A DNA stretch of 64,000 nt. It comes from Microcoleus sp. (GTDB lineage: Bacteria > Cyanobacteriota > Cyanobacteriia > Cyanobacteriales > Microcoleaceae). Under the pieces are notes generated by a model, which worked only from the letters and a program-made list of their open reading frames with translations, made no database searches and had not been told where the DNA came from. Numbering within the stretch: the stretch's first letter is position 1; each line of letters begins with the position of its first letter. Location of the stretch: positions 864,001 through 928,000 of the forward strand of contig JAYFMW010000006.1 in the NCBI GenBank assembly GCA_042408215.1. The letters run 5' to 3'. Made by a program: the position numbers and the translations under genes. Positions 31,540 to 42,871 of this stretch are shown here, piece after piece.

Positions 31540-32949
31540 TTAATTCCTCTGCAACTTCACCCCCCGAATCGAATAATCCAAAAGCTCAACAGGGTGCATC
31601 AAAGTAACCTCTTTTCCCTGCAATTCCAAATGCTTCTTAATTTGCAAAGAACAACCAGGATTCGCCGAAGCAATCAACTCAGCGCCAGTATTCAATAAAT
31701 TCTCAACCTTTTGCTGTCCCAACTCCTCAGCAACCTCCGGCTGCAACATATTATAAACGCCAGCACTCCCGCAGCACAAAGCCGCATCTAAAGGTTCTTT
31801 TAACTTCACACCCGGAATTTGTTGTAGCAGTTGACGCGGCTGCAAACTAATCTTTTGTCCGTGCAGTAAATGACACGCATCCTGATAAACTATCGTCAAA
31901 TCTCCGTCAATCAAAGGATGAAGTTTTGCAGTCAAACCCACACTTGCCAAAAACTCTTGCACGTCTTTAACATGGGCCGCAAAATCCTCAGCTTTTTCCC
32001 GATATTCCGGGTCATCTGCTAAAATATGACCGTATTCTTTCAAAGTATGACCACAACCAGCCGCGTTGATAATCACAGCATCAACTCCCATGTTTGCAAA
32101 ACTGTCAATCATTTGTCTTGCTAAAACTTTGGCTTGTCCAGTTTGTCCTTGGTGTTCGGGTAAAGCGGCACAACATCCCTGGGATTTGGGAATCACAACC
32201 TCGCAGCCATTCGCCGTTAAAACTCTCACGGTTGCTTCGTTAACTGGCGAGAAAAATAGTCGCTGTACGCAGCCTAAAATCATCCCAACTCGATAGCGCT
32301 TCTCTCCTTGGGCTGGAATGACATCCGGCAAATTATCCCGGAAAGACTCGATCGTAATTTCCGGTAAAATTGACTCCATCGCCGCCAATCGGGGAGATAT
32401 TTTTGGCAACAAACCAGTCAAACGAACAAGTTTTTGCACTCCCAATTTTTGATAGAGAAACATCGGAGCGAGCAAAGGTCGCAATCGGTTAGGATAGGGA
32501 AAGAAGTTAAACAGGATAGAGCGAATTAGTTTGTCGGAGAAAGTGCGAGCGTAATTTCTATCTATTTGATGACGAGTTGCGCCAATCAATTTATCGTACT
32601 GCACCCCAGACGGACAAGTTGTCACGCAAGCCAAGCACCCCAAGCAAGTATCAAAATGCTGTGCGGTTGCTTCATTTAAAGGTGCTTCGCCCTCGTTAAT
32701 CGCATCCATTAAATAAATGCGGCCTCTAGGGGAATCCATTTCTTTGCCAAGTACCCGATAACTCGGACAAGTAGACAAACAAAAACCGCAGTGAACGCAA
32801 GTATCAATTAATTTAGGATTCGGCGGATTATTAGCATCAAAACCCTGTAGTTCTGGAGTTTGTAAATGGGGATTTTGTGCTAGAAAATTGCTTGACTTAG
32901 CAGGTTTTAACTCGTCGCTGGAAACTGTAGATTTTTCGGAAGTTTGCAT
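31540..32949 (-). CDS. glcF: Glycolate oxidase iron-sulfur subunit
   Basis: CVHCGFCLSTCP and CLGCLACVTTCP 4Fe-4S motifs; CCG domains (GCCAAL, CCGSAG); start taken as ATG 32949. Confidence 0.9.
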   Translation of the reverse strand: MQTSEKSTVSSDELKPAKSSNFLAQNPHLQTPELQGFDANNPPNPKLIDTCVHCGFCLSTCPSYRVLGKEMDSPRGRIYLMDAINEGEAPLNEATAQHFDTCLGCLACVTTCPSGVQYDKLIGATRHQIDRNYARTFSDKLIRSILFNFFPYPNRLRPLLAPMFLYQKLGVQKLVRLTGLLPKISPRLAAMESILPEITIESFRDNLPDVIPAQGEKRYRVGMILGCVQRLFFSPVNEATVRVLTANGCEVVIPKSQGCCAALPEHQGQTGQAKVLARQMIDSFANMGVDAVIINAAGCGHTLKEYGHILADDPEYREKAEDFAAHVKDVQEFLASVGLTAKLHPLIDGDLTIVYQDACHLLHGQKISLQPRQLLQQIPGVKLKEPLDAALCCGSAGVYNMLQPEVAEELGQQKVENLLNTGAELIASANPGCSLQIKKHLELQGKEVTLMHPVELLDYSIRGVKLQRN

Positions 32950-33124
32950 ATATTTCCTAATTGTTTTGGTTTGCAGTAAAGACTTTAGTCCTTCAAACAC
33001 TTCTCTTCTTTTCTCTTCCTTCGCGGTCTTCGCGCCTTCGCGGTTCGTTAAAAAACAAATCTAGTTCACAAACGATTTAGACTGGGATTTAAGAAAAACT
33101 AAAGTCCTTACTAAAAATTTTCAA

Positions 33125-34504
33125 CTAAATGCCGCCAACAAAACGATGGGGATTCAAAATATTTTGCGGGTCAAACTGTTGTTTGATCCGCTGCATTAAA
33201 GCGATCGCACTTCCAGTATAGCCCCAAACATCCAACTCTTGCTTAAGAGCGATCGGCGCTGCTAAGACAGTCAGAAAACCGCCTTTCGCTTCGCAGCTTC
33301 TGCGTATTTGCCGGATCGTTTCCGCCGTCGCAGTCTCAAACCGTAAAACCCCCAAACCGCTACCTGCATGAATCAGAGCATCTTGTATTAGCAATTCGTC
33401 AATTAGTTTGACAGATGCCGACGGCCTGACTCCTATTTTACAAATAATCGCTGAGTTTTGGGCAGAATTCCAGATAGTTTCTGGTAATGTTTGCCATAAC
33501 TGATTCTCATCATTCTCGCCGCATATATTTGCTTGCAAACCCAACTTTTCGCCAACTTCCAGCAAGCGAGTAGATTGTTCTTTAACACTTGCTGCGATAC
33601 TTTGAAATCTTACTATCAATCCTTTGCCTTTTCCTAAACCTAATTTTGCTACTAAATCAGGTGATAGCAAATCAACGGCTGTGGGAGTCAAAGCAGAAGA
33701 TAATAAGATTTGAGTCGTTCGAGCTAAAGCATCAGTTTCCCCAATCAGCACGACTGTTGCAGAGGCGACCGGGAGGGGATAAACTCGGAAAGTGACTTGA
33801 GAAATGACGCCTAATGTGCCGTAGGAACCTGCAAATAGTTTCATCAAGTCGTAACCGGCGACATTTTTAACTACTCGCCCCCCGGATGAGGCAATTTTGC
33901 CGTCCGATCGCACAAAGCTAATTCCCAATAGTAGATCGCGAACGCCCCGATAGCGGTGTCGCAGGGAACCCGCGTCAGCAGCAGCGACTATGCCGCCCAA
34001 GGTTGCGTGTTCTGGATAGGCTGGGTCGATCGCCAAAAATTGACCTGATGCGGCCAAAATTTGCTGCAAGTCGGCAAACTTCATCCCCGCTTCCGCAGTC
34101 ACCGTTAAATCGCCGACAGCGTGTTCAATCAGTCGGTTGAGGCGTCCCGTGCTCACAGCGACGATCGCCCCTACAGAGCTTAACAAAGGCGGTTCTGAAA
34201 GCTCCCCGATGTGAGGGGGGTTGGGGGTGTCTAATTTAACTAAGCCGCCCCAATTGATTTTGCTGCCGTTGCCGCAAATTAATATACCCCCAGGATTTCG
34301 GGAAGCACAAGCGACGACTGCCGCGAGCTCTTCTTGGGTGTGGGGAAAAACAATGCAGTCTATGTCGGTGTCGGGGGCGATCGCACTTTTGAGCTTTTCT
34401 TGCCAAAAAGCCCCTGCATCTTGCCAGCAAGAGACGCCAGCAGCATCGACAATGCTTTCTAGTTCTTGGATCTGTGCCAAATTTACCGCAGAAATTGATT
34501 TCAT
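33125..34504 (-). CDS. glcE: Glycolate oxidase FAD-binding subunit
   Basis: ATLGGIVAA, GGRVVKNVAGYDLMKL, GSYGTLGVI, KQQFDPQNILNP; adjacent to glcF. Confidence 0.85.
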   Translation of the reverse strand: MKSISAVNLAQIQELESIVDAAGVSCWQDAGAFWQEKLKSAIAPDTDIDCIVFPHTQEELAAVVACASRNPGGILICGNGSKINWGGLVKLDTPNPPHIGELSEPPLLSSVGAIVAVSTGRLNRLIEHAVGDLTVTAEAGMKFADLQQILAASGQFLAIDPAYPEHATLGGIVAAADAGSLRHRYRGVRDLLLGISFVRSDGKIASSGGRVVKNVAGYDLMKLFAGSYGTLGVISQVTFRVYPLPVASATVVLIGETDALARTTQILLSSALTPTAVDLLSPDLVAKLGLGKGKGLIVRFQSIAASVKEQSTRLLEVGEKLGLQANICGENDENQLWQTLPETIWNSAQNSAIICKIGVRPSASVKLIDELLIQDALIHAGSGLGVLRFETATAETIRQIRRSCEAKGGFLTVLAAPIALKQELDVWGYTGSAIALMQRIKQQFDPQNILNPHRFVGGI

Positions 34505-34873
34505 TAATCTCGATCGAGGCAGCCGGTCTGACAGCCGACAGTACAAATGTTCAGAAAAATGTCTAAAACTATATTATCTTAAATTGCCCTTGCCTACTCT
34601 ATTTATTTTAAAAGTATTGAAGATGCGTTTTCCGGATCGCCCTTAATCCAAGTTAACGAAAACTTTATAAAATCGGGTATTTCCCTATAAATTATTGACA
34701 CTTATCCTCCGTGTAAACTGCTAAGTAGGAGCGCCTAATTAAACGCCGTTATGTAAATTATTGTAAATTTATGCCCAATTGGCAACCTAGTCTGTTTGCA
34801 CGGGTTTTTAATTTTAGATAGCCAGATTTATTTGCGTCTACCTACTTAGAGGATCTACAAGTGGCGGTAGTCG

Positions 34874-35545
34874 GTGTCACAAATTTACACATATATGAAA
34901 AACTTTATCGGTCAGGATTCAGGAAGAGCAATCGCATTTATAGATCGTCAAGTTAAAGATGAGCAAAGTTTGATGGCTGGGGTAAAACCGGGTACGGAAG
35001 TAGTCGTTTTGGATGGGCAGAAAAATTCAAATCTCATTGAAATTATACCGCACTAGCCAATCCGCGATCCCTTGAATCTCGGCATTGCCTGGGCCCTAAA
35101 AAATGAACTACAATCAGGTGGATTAAACGGTACTCTTTATGTTGATGCACTGAAAAACGCCCTTTCACTGCATCTACTGAACCGCTCTGTACAAAAACCG
35201 AATATTCGAGATTTTGAAGGCGGTCTTGTTCCGGGAAAATTGCAGATAGTTATTAACTACATAAATGACTACCTAAGCCGAGATTTACACTTAGCTGAAC
35301 TTGCTAAATTAGTGCAAATGAGTCCTGATTATTTTTGTCGTTTGTTCAAACAATCAACAGGAATAACTCCCCATCAGTACATGACCCAGTACCGGATTGA
35401 AAAAGCCAAACAGTTGTTAAAAATACCAGATTTATCAATAACCTATATCTCGCAGCAAGTCGGGTTTCACGACCACAGTCATTTTAGCAAGACTTTCTGC
35501 AAAATCGTCGGTGTGACTCCTAAGAAATATCGCGATCGACTTTAA
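34874..35545 (+). pseudogene. Chimeric AraC-family regulator pseudogene (DUF4347-like N-terminus, in-frame TAG at 35054-35056)
   Basis: ORFs 34874-35056 and 35072-35545 share one frame: IAFIDRQVKDEQSLMAGVKPGTEVVVLD...IEIIPH*PIRDPL...; AraC HTH FCRLFKQSTGITPHQY...VGFHDHSHFSKTF. Confidence 0.75.
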
Positions 35546-38500
35546 CAGGACTGATTATATCATTCTGGCCCGACCCTTCGTTCGTGCCGCGTAAACTCCG
35601 CGCAGAATCTCAAACCCTTGCAACAGGGTCTAGGGTTTGGTGGAGGCGGGTTTACGAGATGATCGATTGAGCGGCAATTATTGTTGGTAAAACCCGCCCC
35701 TACAGAACTAGGGCGTGTTTTCTTGACCCGAAGATCCCCCCTAACCCCCCTTAACAAGGGGGGAACTGGAAGCACTCTCTTTCGTCACCCCTACTCACAC
35801 CCTACTCCCTTCTTAAAAGGGATTTAGGGGGTTCAGAATCTGATGGGAAAGGCAAGAAACCAGCTACAAAAACCGAGTCCGTCGGCAGTGTTACAATTGT
35901 TCATCAAAATCCGAGAAATTTCGCAAGAAACTTGTATTTTTGGCCAGTTTTTCCCAAGATTTTACAATACAGCAGATCTGGTGATTTTGTAGACTTATTG
36001 GTATGACATGAACTAGGAGTGCCTGCTATGAACTCTCAAAATCAACAAGCATCTTACGGTCAAGTTCCCTTAATTTTTATTGCAAATACGGGACAAACAG
36101 ACCCTTCTGTAAAATTCCAGGTGAAAGGTGCCGGTCATAGCATCTTTTTTACTCCAAACGAAATTACTTTCATCGCTTTCCAGACACCCAATGAACCGGG
36201 GAAGGAAGCAACAAAGTCTTCAGTTGTACGCAGCAGCTTAGCCAACAGCAACCCCAACCCGACAATTTATGGGCTGGAAAAATTGCCGGGAGTTGCTAAC
36301 TTTCTGTTAGGCGAAAATTCGAGCCAATGGCAGACTAATGTACCTACTTTTAACGGTGTCGTTTATCAAAACGTCTATCCAGGAATTGACCGCGTTTTCA
36401 AAGGCACAGAAGGACAACTTAAGAGCGAATTTTTGGTAGCACCTTTTGCCGATCCGAGTCAAATTAAGATGAACTATACTGGTGTTAGCGACATCCGGTT
36501 GGGTGACGACGGAGCACTGATCTTAGAGACACCGCTAGGCGAATTAATTGATAACGCACCGATAGTTTATCAAGACATCAACGGACAGCGGGTGAATGTT
36601 CCCGCAGCTTACAATTTATTAGGAAACGGTCAAGTTAATTTTAGTTTTGGAGATTTTGACCGCACTCAACCCCTAGTTATTGACCCGGTTTTAGCTTACT
36701 CGACTTACCTAGGTGGCAGCGGCAATGACACCGCCAACCGCATGACCGTAGATAGCACCGGTGCGGCTTACATTATTGGCACTACTGTTAACAATTTTAC
36801 GACTACTCCTGGTGCATATAAAACTACACCAGCAGGTGGAACTGATTTCTTAGTTACCAAAATTAACCCCGAAGGAACTGCGTTAGTTTACTCTACTTAT
36901 ATCGGCGGTTCTGGTAATGAATACGGTTTTGGTATTGCGGTAGACAATCAAGGCAATGCTTATTTAACAGGACAAGTAGATCCTGGTTTTCCAACTACTA
37001 CCGGTTCTTATCAACCGACAGCAACTACTTACAATGCTGCGGCAACTAAACTCAATGCTGCCGGGAATTCTCTAGTTTATTCTACTTTTTTAGGCGGTAG
37101 CGGGACTGCCCTCGGCACCAGCATTGCTGTAGACAATCAAGGCAATGCTTATGTTACCGGGCCGACAGGCGACAATTTCCCCACCATACCTGTACCTGTA
37201 TACGGAGGCGGAATTGATCCGTTTATTGCTAACCAACCTGTATACGGAGGCGGAATTGATGCGTTTATTGCTAAAGTTAATCCAACGGGCAGTGATTTAG
37301 TTTACTCTACTTATTTCGGCGGTAGCAATCGCGAGGAAGGTCAAGCCATTGCAGTAGACAATAATGGTAAGGCCTACGTGACAGGCATTACTTATTCGAC
37401 TAACTTGCCGGTGACTATTAAGGCCGTTCAAAATACAATTGGAGGCGGTGAATATGATGCTTTTGTCAGTAAATTTGACGCGGATGGTGCACGTAGTTAT
37501 GCCACTTATTTAGGTGGCCGTGGCGGTGAAAAAGGTGGGGATATCGCTGTAGACAGTTCTGGAAATGCTTATGTTGTAGGAACTACCAATTCAATTAATT
37601 TCCCTAGAGTTAATCCAATTGAAGAGCTTCTTGCAGGTGTTGGCAATGATTTTTTTAGCAGCAGTAATGCTTTTGTCAGCAAGCTGAGTCCTAGCGGTAA
37701 TTCTTTGATTTATTCAACTTTTTTGGGCGGCAGCGGAGATGACAATGGCCATCGCATTACTGTAGACAGTGCGAATAATGTTTATGTGACGGGGGATACG
37801 ACTTCGACTAATTTTCCGACTAAGAATGCTATTCAAAGTGTCAGCGGCGGCGGGAAAGATGCTTTTGTCACAAGTATCAATTCGTCGGGTTCTGCCTCAA
37901 TAGATTCTACTTATCTTGGCGGCAGCGGCGACGACGCAGGTAATGGTATTGCGGTGAATAGTTCTGGTGAAGTTTATGTAGCGGGAGGTACTAATTCTAC
38001 TAATTTCCCTACTGCGAATCCTTTGCAAGTGGCGAATGGGGGAGGTGACAATGATGCTTTTATTACTAAAATAATCCCTGGCGGGCCACAGGTGAAGATT
38101 ATTGAGTCGGGGAGCAGCACTAATTTAGCTGAAAGCGGGACGACGGATACTTATACAGTGGTGTTGACTAATCAGCCTACTGCAAATGTGGCGATCGCAT
38201 TTACCGGCACTCAAATTCAACCGATTACTGCCCTTAATTTCACTCCAACTAATTGGTTTTTACCGCAAACGGTGACAGTCAGTGCAGTTGATGATAGCGT
38301 AGCAGAAACTTCGCCGCATAGTGGCCCGATCGCCCAGACAGCTACCAGTACCGATGTTAATTATCAAGACATCACGATTTCGCCTGTTAGTGTCGCCATT
38401 ACTGATAACGACAGCGCAGGGGTTTCTATTACTCCGACTAACACGACTGCAACGGAAGGCGGTGCAAATGGAAGTTATAGTGTTCAGTTAAATACTCAAC

Positions 38501-38741
38501 CGACAGCATCGGTTACGATTAACTTGGCTACAGGTAGTCAAATTCAACCCATTACTGCACTTACTTTTACCGCTACTAATTGGAATGTTCCTCAAAGCGT
38601 TACGGTTGCTGCTGTTGATGATACGGTTGTGGAAGGTGCACACAGCGGTAGCATAGCTCACAATGTGAGTAGCACTGATAGTAAGTATAATGGGATTGTG
38701 GTTCCAGGGGTGACAGTGGCGATCGCAGATAACGACACTGC

Positions 38742-38892
38742 ACCGACACCAGTCACGACAACGCCGACACCAGTCACGACAACGCCGACACCAGTCACGA
38801 CAACGCCGACACCAGTCACGACAACGCCGACACCAGTCACGACAACGCCGACACCAGTCACGACAACGCCGAGACCAGTCACGACAACACCA
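38742..38892 (+). repeat. 21-bp tandem repeat (about 7 copies) encoding a TPVTTTP linker
   Basis: acaccagtcacgacaacgccg repeated. Confidence 0.9.
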
Positions 38893-41800
38893 ATGCCGGC
38901 AGGTAATTCCACCATAGATTTATCAAAAAACTGGTGCGGCGTAGAAGCTGGATTGGATAAACTTGAGAACATCCTCGACAACCAACTACAGACAATTAAA
39001 CTGCCAATCATCGGCCCCCTCAAAGACATTTATCCAAATTTTATTGACAACTTCAAAAGTAAGCTAGTCAATGCTGTAAAAAATGGGGAAAATCAAAGTC
39101 TGAGTCAATTAGAAAGTAGCATACGCAATACTTTAGGGCCAGATTTTGATGTCAAAGTAGATGGAAATTCAACTGCCGATGACAGCACCCTGCTAATTAC
39201 ACTTGGGAAGAAATACCAGTTCCCGGATATCAATCTCTCCAAAGATTTAGGAGTTCCAGCTCTAGGTTTAAACATCGATGGGAAAGCGAAATCAAAATAC
39301 GAATACAACTTGTCGCTAGGAGTTGGGAGCAGTAAAGATTTTGGCTGCTACATAGATACTGACAAAACCAAGTTAACCGCCAACATTGACTTGGGTTTAG
39401 ATGACCAATTCAAGGCTAAAGGCAACTTAGACTTTTTCCAAGTTGACCTTGCAAACGATACCAAAAACCCTACTAAAGTCGATGCCAACCTTGAAGTCAA
39501 GCTCAATGACTTAGATAATCTGGGCGGTACTGATGATGGCAATCGTTTAACTTTGTCTGAGTTGGACGGCAGTTATCAGTTACAAGACTTATTTCAATCT
39601 AGCTTAACCAGTAATGCCAATCTCGGCTTGCACGGCAAAACTAGCATCAACGGCGATGCTGCTTTTCCATCTTTTGACTTCGACTTAGCAGTTAATTGGC
39701 CGATCCTAAATTACGCTAACGGTCAATTAACCAGGCCGCAAAAACCCACAGTTGCGTTTAACAATATGCAACTAGATGTGGGGACATTTGTCAATAATTT
39801 TGCCAAACCAATTGTCGGTAAAATTTCCGATGTCATTCAACCATTTCGACCAGTTATTGAGTTTCTGAATGCCGACACCAAGTTACTGTCTAAAATAGGT
39901 CTAGCTGAGCCATTTTATCAAAATGGGGATGGCAAAGTCAGTGTACTAGAACTGGCAGCAAAAATCTCTGGTCGCGATATCGATACTCGCTTTTTAGATG
40001 CGGTTGCCCAGGTTGATAAAGTTGTTAATTTGGCAAACCAAATAGCAAATTTTCCCCGCTCAAATTGACTTGGGTTCCTACACTCTGGGTAATATAGATG
40101 TTGCCGATGAAAGTGCTAATCTTCAGAATACTTTACCAGTCCCAAAAACTTCTGTTCAGCAAACCGCTAACCAACAAATTAACTCCAAAACAAGCGGCAA
40201 AGTCAAGGAATTCTTAAATGCTTTACAAGATTGATGGCTTTGATTTGCCACTCTTGACCAAACCGGAAACCGCGATTCAATTGCTGATAGGTAAACCGGA
40301 TGTTCCGGTTTTAAGCTATCAGATGCCCAAACTGGGATTTGACTTTAACATTCGCAAAGATTTTCCGATTTGGGGGCCGATCGAGGCTTTACTTGAAGGC
40401 AAGTTTAGTGCTTCAGCTCATCTAGGATTTGGGTACGATACCTACGGATTAAGTGAGTGGAAAAACTCTAATTTTGCTGCGGGTTCTGCTGACCAAGTTT
40501 TGGATGGATTTTATGTGAGCGATCGCGAAAATGCTGACGGTACAGGGCCAGATGTTGACGAACTCAGTCTTGACGCTAGTATTGCCGCGGGTTTGGGGCT
40601 AGATGTGATATTTGCCGAGGGTTATCTCAAAGGTGGAATTCAAGGAAAAGTCGGCATTGATCTGATAGATATTGGAGAATTCCAGCCCAAACAAGGCGGT
40701 GACGGCAAAATTCGAGTATCAGAAATCACTTCCCGCATCAGCAAACCCTCGGAACTGTTTGATGTAACAGGACAAATCAATGCTTTTTTGGGTGCTGAAT
40801 TTAAAGTAGGATTTTGGAAATGGAAAAAAACAGTCTACGATAATAACTTTGCCACATTTGAGTTAGCTAGCTTTAGTTTAGGGCCGAGTTCTAGCACTAG
40901 GGGCAAAGCAATTAACGGTTACATGGCCGGGGCGACTGTCTTCTTCGATGCCAACTTCAATGGAGTAAAAGATGACAGCGAACCGTTCTCAATTACTAAC
41001 GCGGATGGCAGCTTTGACTTAGATGTCTCTCTTGACAATTTCGACAAAAATAATAGCGGCGACCTCGAACCGGAAGAAGGCAAAATTGTCATTACCGATG
41101 GCATAAATACCTCTACTTATTTGTCGCAGCAAACGCCTCTCTTTGCCACACCAGATGCTACTGTCGTCACTCCGTTAACTACCCTATTGACCGAGTTAGT
41201 CGAGGCAGGTACTGACCAAAATCAGGCGCAAATTCAAGTTAAATCTGCACTGGGATTGCCGTCAACAATTGATTTGACTGGCTACGATCCGCTACAGGCA
41301 ATTACTCAAAACGATCCGAACGGTTTGGCGGTTTATGCAGCGCACATTCAGGTACAAAACGTTGTTGTTCAGACGACAATTTTAATCGGCGGGATTTCAG
41401 CTAACTCTCAAACCGATATTGCCGATCGCATTATTTCCACCCTTGCCAATCAAATTCAATCCGGCCCTGTCGATTTAACCAATCCCGCACAATTGCCAAC
41501 CATCATTCAGTCTGCTGCGACTCAACTGCAAGCACAAAAAGCGTCCGATATTGCACCGGAAGCTGCTCGAATTATTGCAGAGGGGAATCAGCGGGTACGG
41601 GCGATCGCATCTAGCAACATCCCCCTTTCAGATGCAGCTACTAAACTAGCCAAAATTCAACAAGTCGCACAAGGAGAAGTAGCCCAAGATTTACAGTAAG
41701 TTGCAGCCGGAAATAAGACAATTCAAGAGGCGATCGCCGAAAATACAGGCACATCCTTAGACGCACAAATTCAATCAGCAACTGTCAATAACCCCACAAT

Positions 41801-42270
41801 TCGCAACAGTATAAATAGTGACTTCACTGCTGCCGAACCTTTCCCCGATAGTGGCATAGAATTAGTCAACAATTCCCCCAATCAAAAAATCGGTACGGAT
41901 GGCGACGATACTCTAGGCGGCGACAGCAGCGATGAGGTTTTAAGTGGCAAAAAGGGAAATGATTTGATCTTTGGTTTTAACGGCAATGACTGGATTAATG
42001 CCAATCAAGGCAATGACTTAATAAATGGCGGTTTTGACGACGATACCCTTTACGGCGGCAAGGGAATTGATACCATTACAGGTAGCGATGGTGGCGATAT
42101 TATCTTTGGCAACCGAGGCGACGATTTACTAGATGGCAGCACTGGCAATGATACTTTGCGCGGAGGCAAGGGAAATGATACTATTATTGGCGGTGAGGGT
42201 GACGACTTCCTATTCGGTGAAGATGGAGATGACAGTTTGATAGGAGGGAATGGGAGCGAGCGCTTTTTAT

Positions 42271-42565
42271 AAGAAATACCCTGAAAACCCTGCGACTTTA
42301 GTCCAGGGATGAAAGGGCGTTGCAGGATTTATCCTGCCTGCCCCATCTTGACAAACTGATTTTGGTTTGATAAAGTTGTTGAAACTTAGTTGGTGAAAAA
42401 CCCGACAGTTGCAAGCCGTTAGGCAAAAAAGTAGCCATAGACTCAGCCACTCGCTGTGTGGGTAGTGGGTATCTGACTTACCCTTTAAGAATTAAACTTT
42501 GGGCGGATTCATCCCCCAATGTTTGTCCTTAAGAATCCCCGCGTCTTCAGACCGGGGAGTGTCAA
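42271..42565 (+). mobile_element. Non-autonomous IS200/IS605-family element (295 bp, no ORF), clean insertion without target duplication
   Basis: TTTAT|aagaaataccctg-AAAA-ccctgcgactttagtccaggg left end; GAAT-ccccgcgtcttcagaccgggg-agtg-TCAA right end; removal restores ERFLLSTNSGIDT in frame. Confidence 0.92.
42348..42376 (+). promoter_or_regulatory. Sigma70-type promoter inside the element
   Basis: TTGACA (42348-42353), 17-bp spacer, TAAAGT (42371-42376) preceded by TGn. Confidence 0.65.
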
Positions 42566-42871
42566 TATCTACCAATTCTGGCATTGATACTATCTGGGAT
42601 TTTGAAGATGGAAAAGATTTGCTAACACTCGCAAACAATCTCACTTTCTCCCAAATGTCAATTACTCAAGAAAACAGTTCAACTTTAATTCGCTTGTCAG
42701 CAACAAGTGAAATTTTAGCCTCTCTCAATGGGGTGTCTGCCAGCCTGATTAATGTCGCCGATTTCAATTTAGCTTAGAGCAGTATTCTTGCGTCCCCCTT
42801 TGTAGGGGCGGTGCCCCCTGGCCCGCCCTAGGGCCGATCGGGAAGACTGTCAACTCAGACAGTAGAATAAA

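Larger units (their letters stand above)
36028..42777 (+). pseudogene. Giant SBBP beta-propeller / Ig-like / RTX Ca-binding surface protein, disrupted by two frameshifts, a nonsense codon and an IS-derived insertion
   Basis: YSTYLGGSG/IAVDxxGNAY repeats; frameshifts near 40055 and 40225; TAA at 41697 with the frame continuing; GGxGxD repeats; C-terminus rejoined by removing 42271-42565. Confidence 0.85.

Noticed and set aside
42271..42565. Self-splicing IStron (group I intron plus IS) that would rescue the host gene
   Set aside because: I could not identify group I core motifs, the element ends in TCAA rather than G, and the host gene has other lesions. A cmsearch with group I models would settle it.
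42499..42777. Independent 92-aa gene
   Set aside because: Its N-terminus is the element's right end; the rest is the severed C-terminus of the RTX pseudogene.
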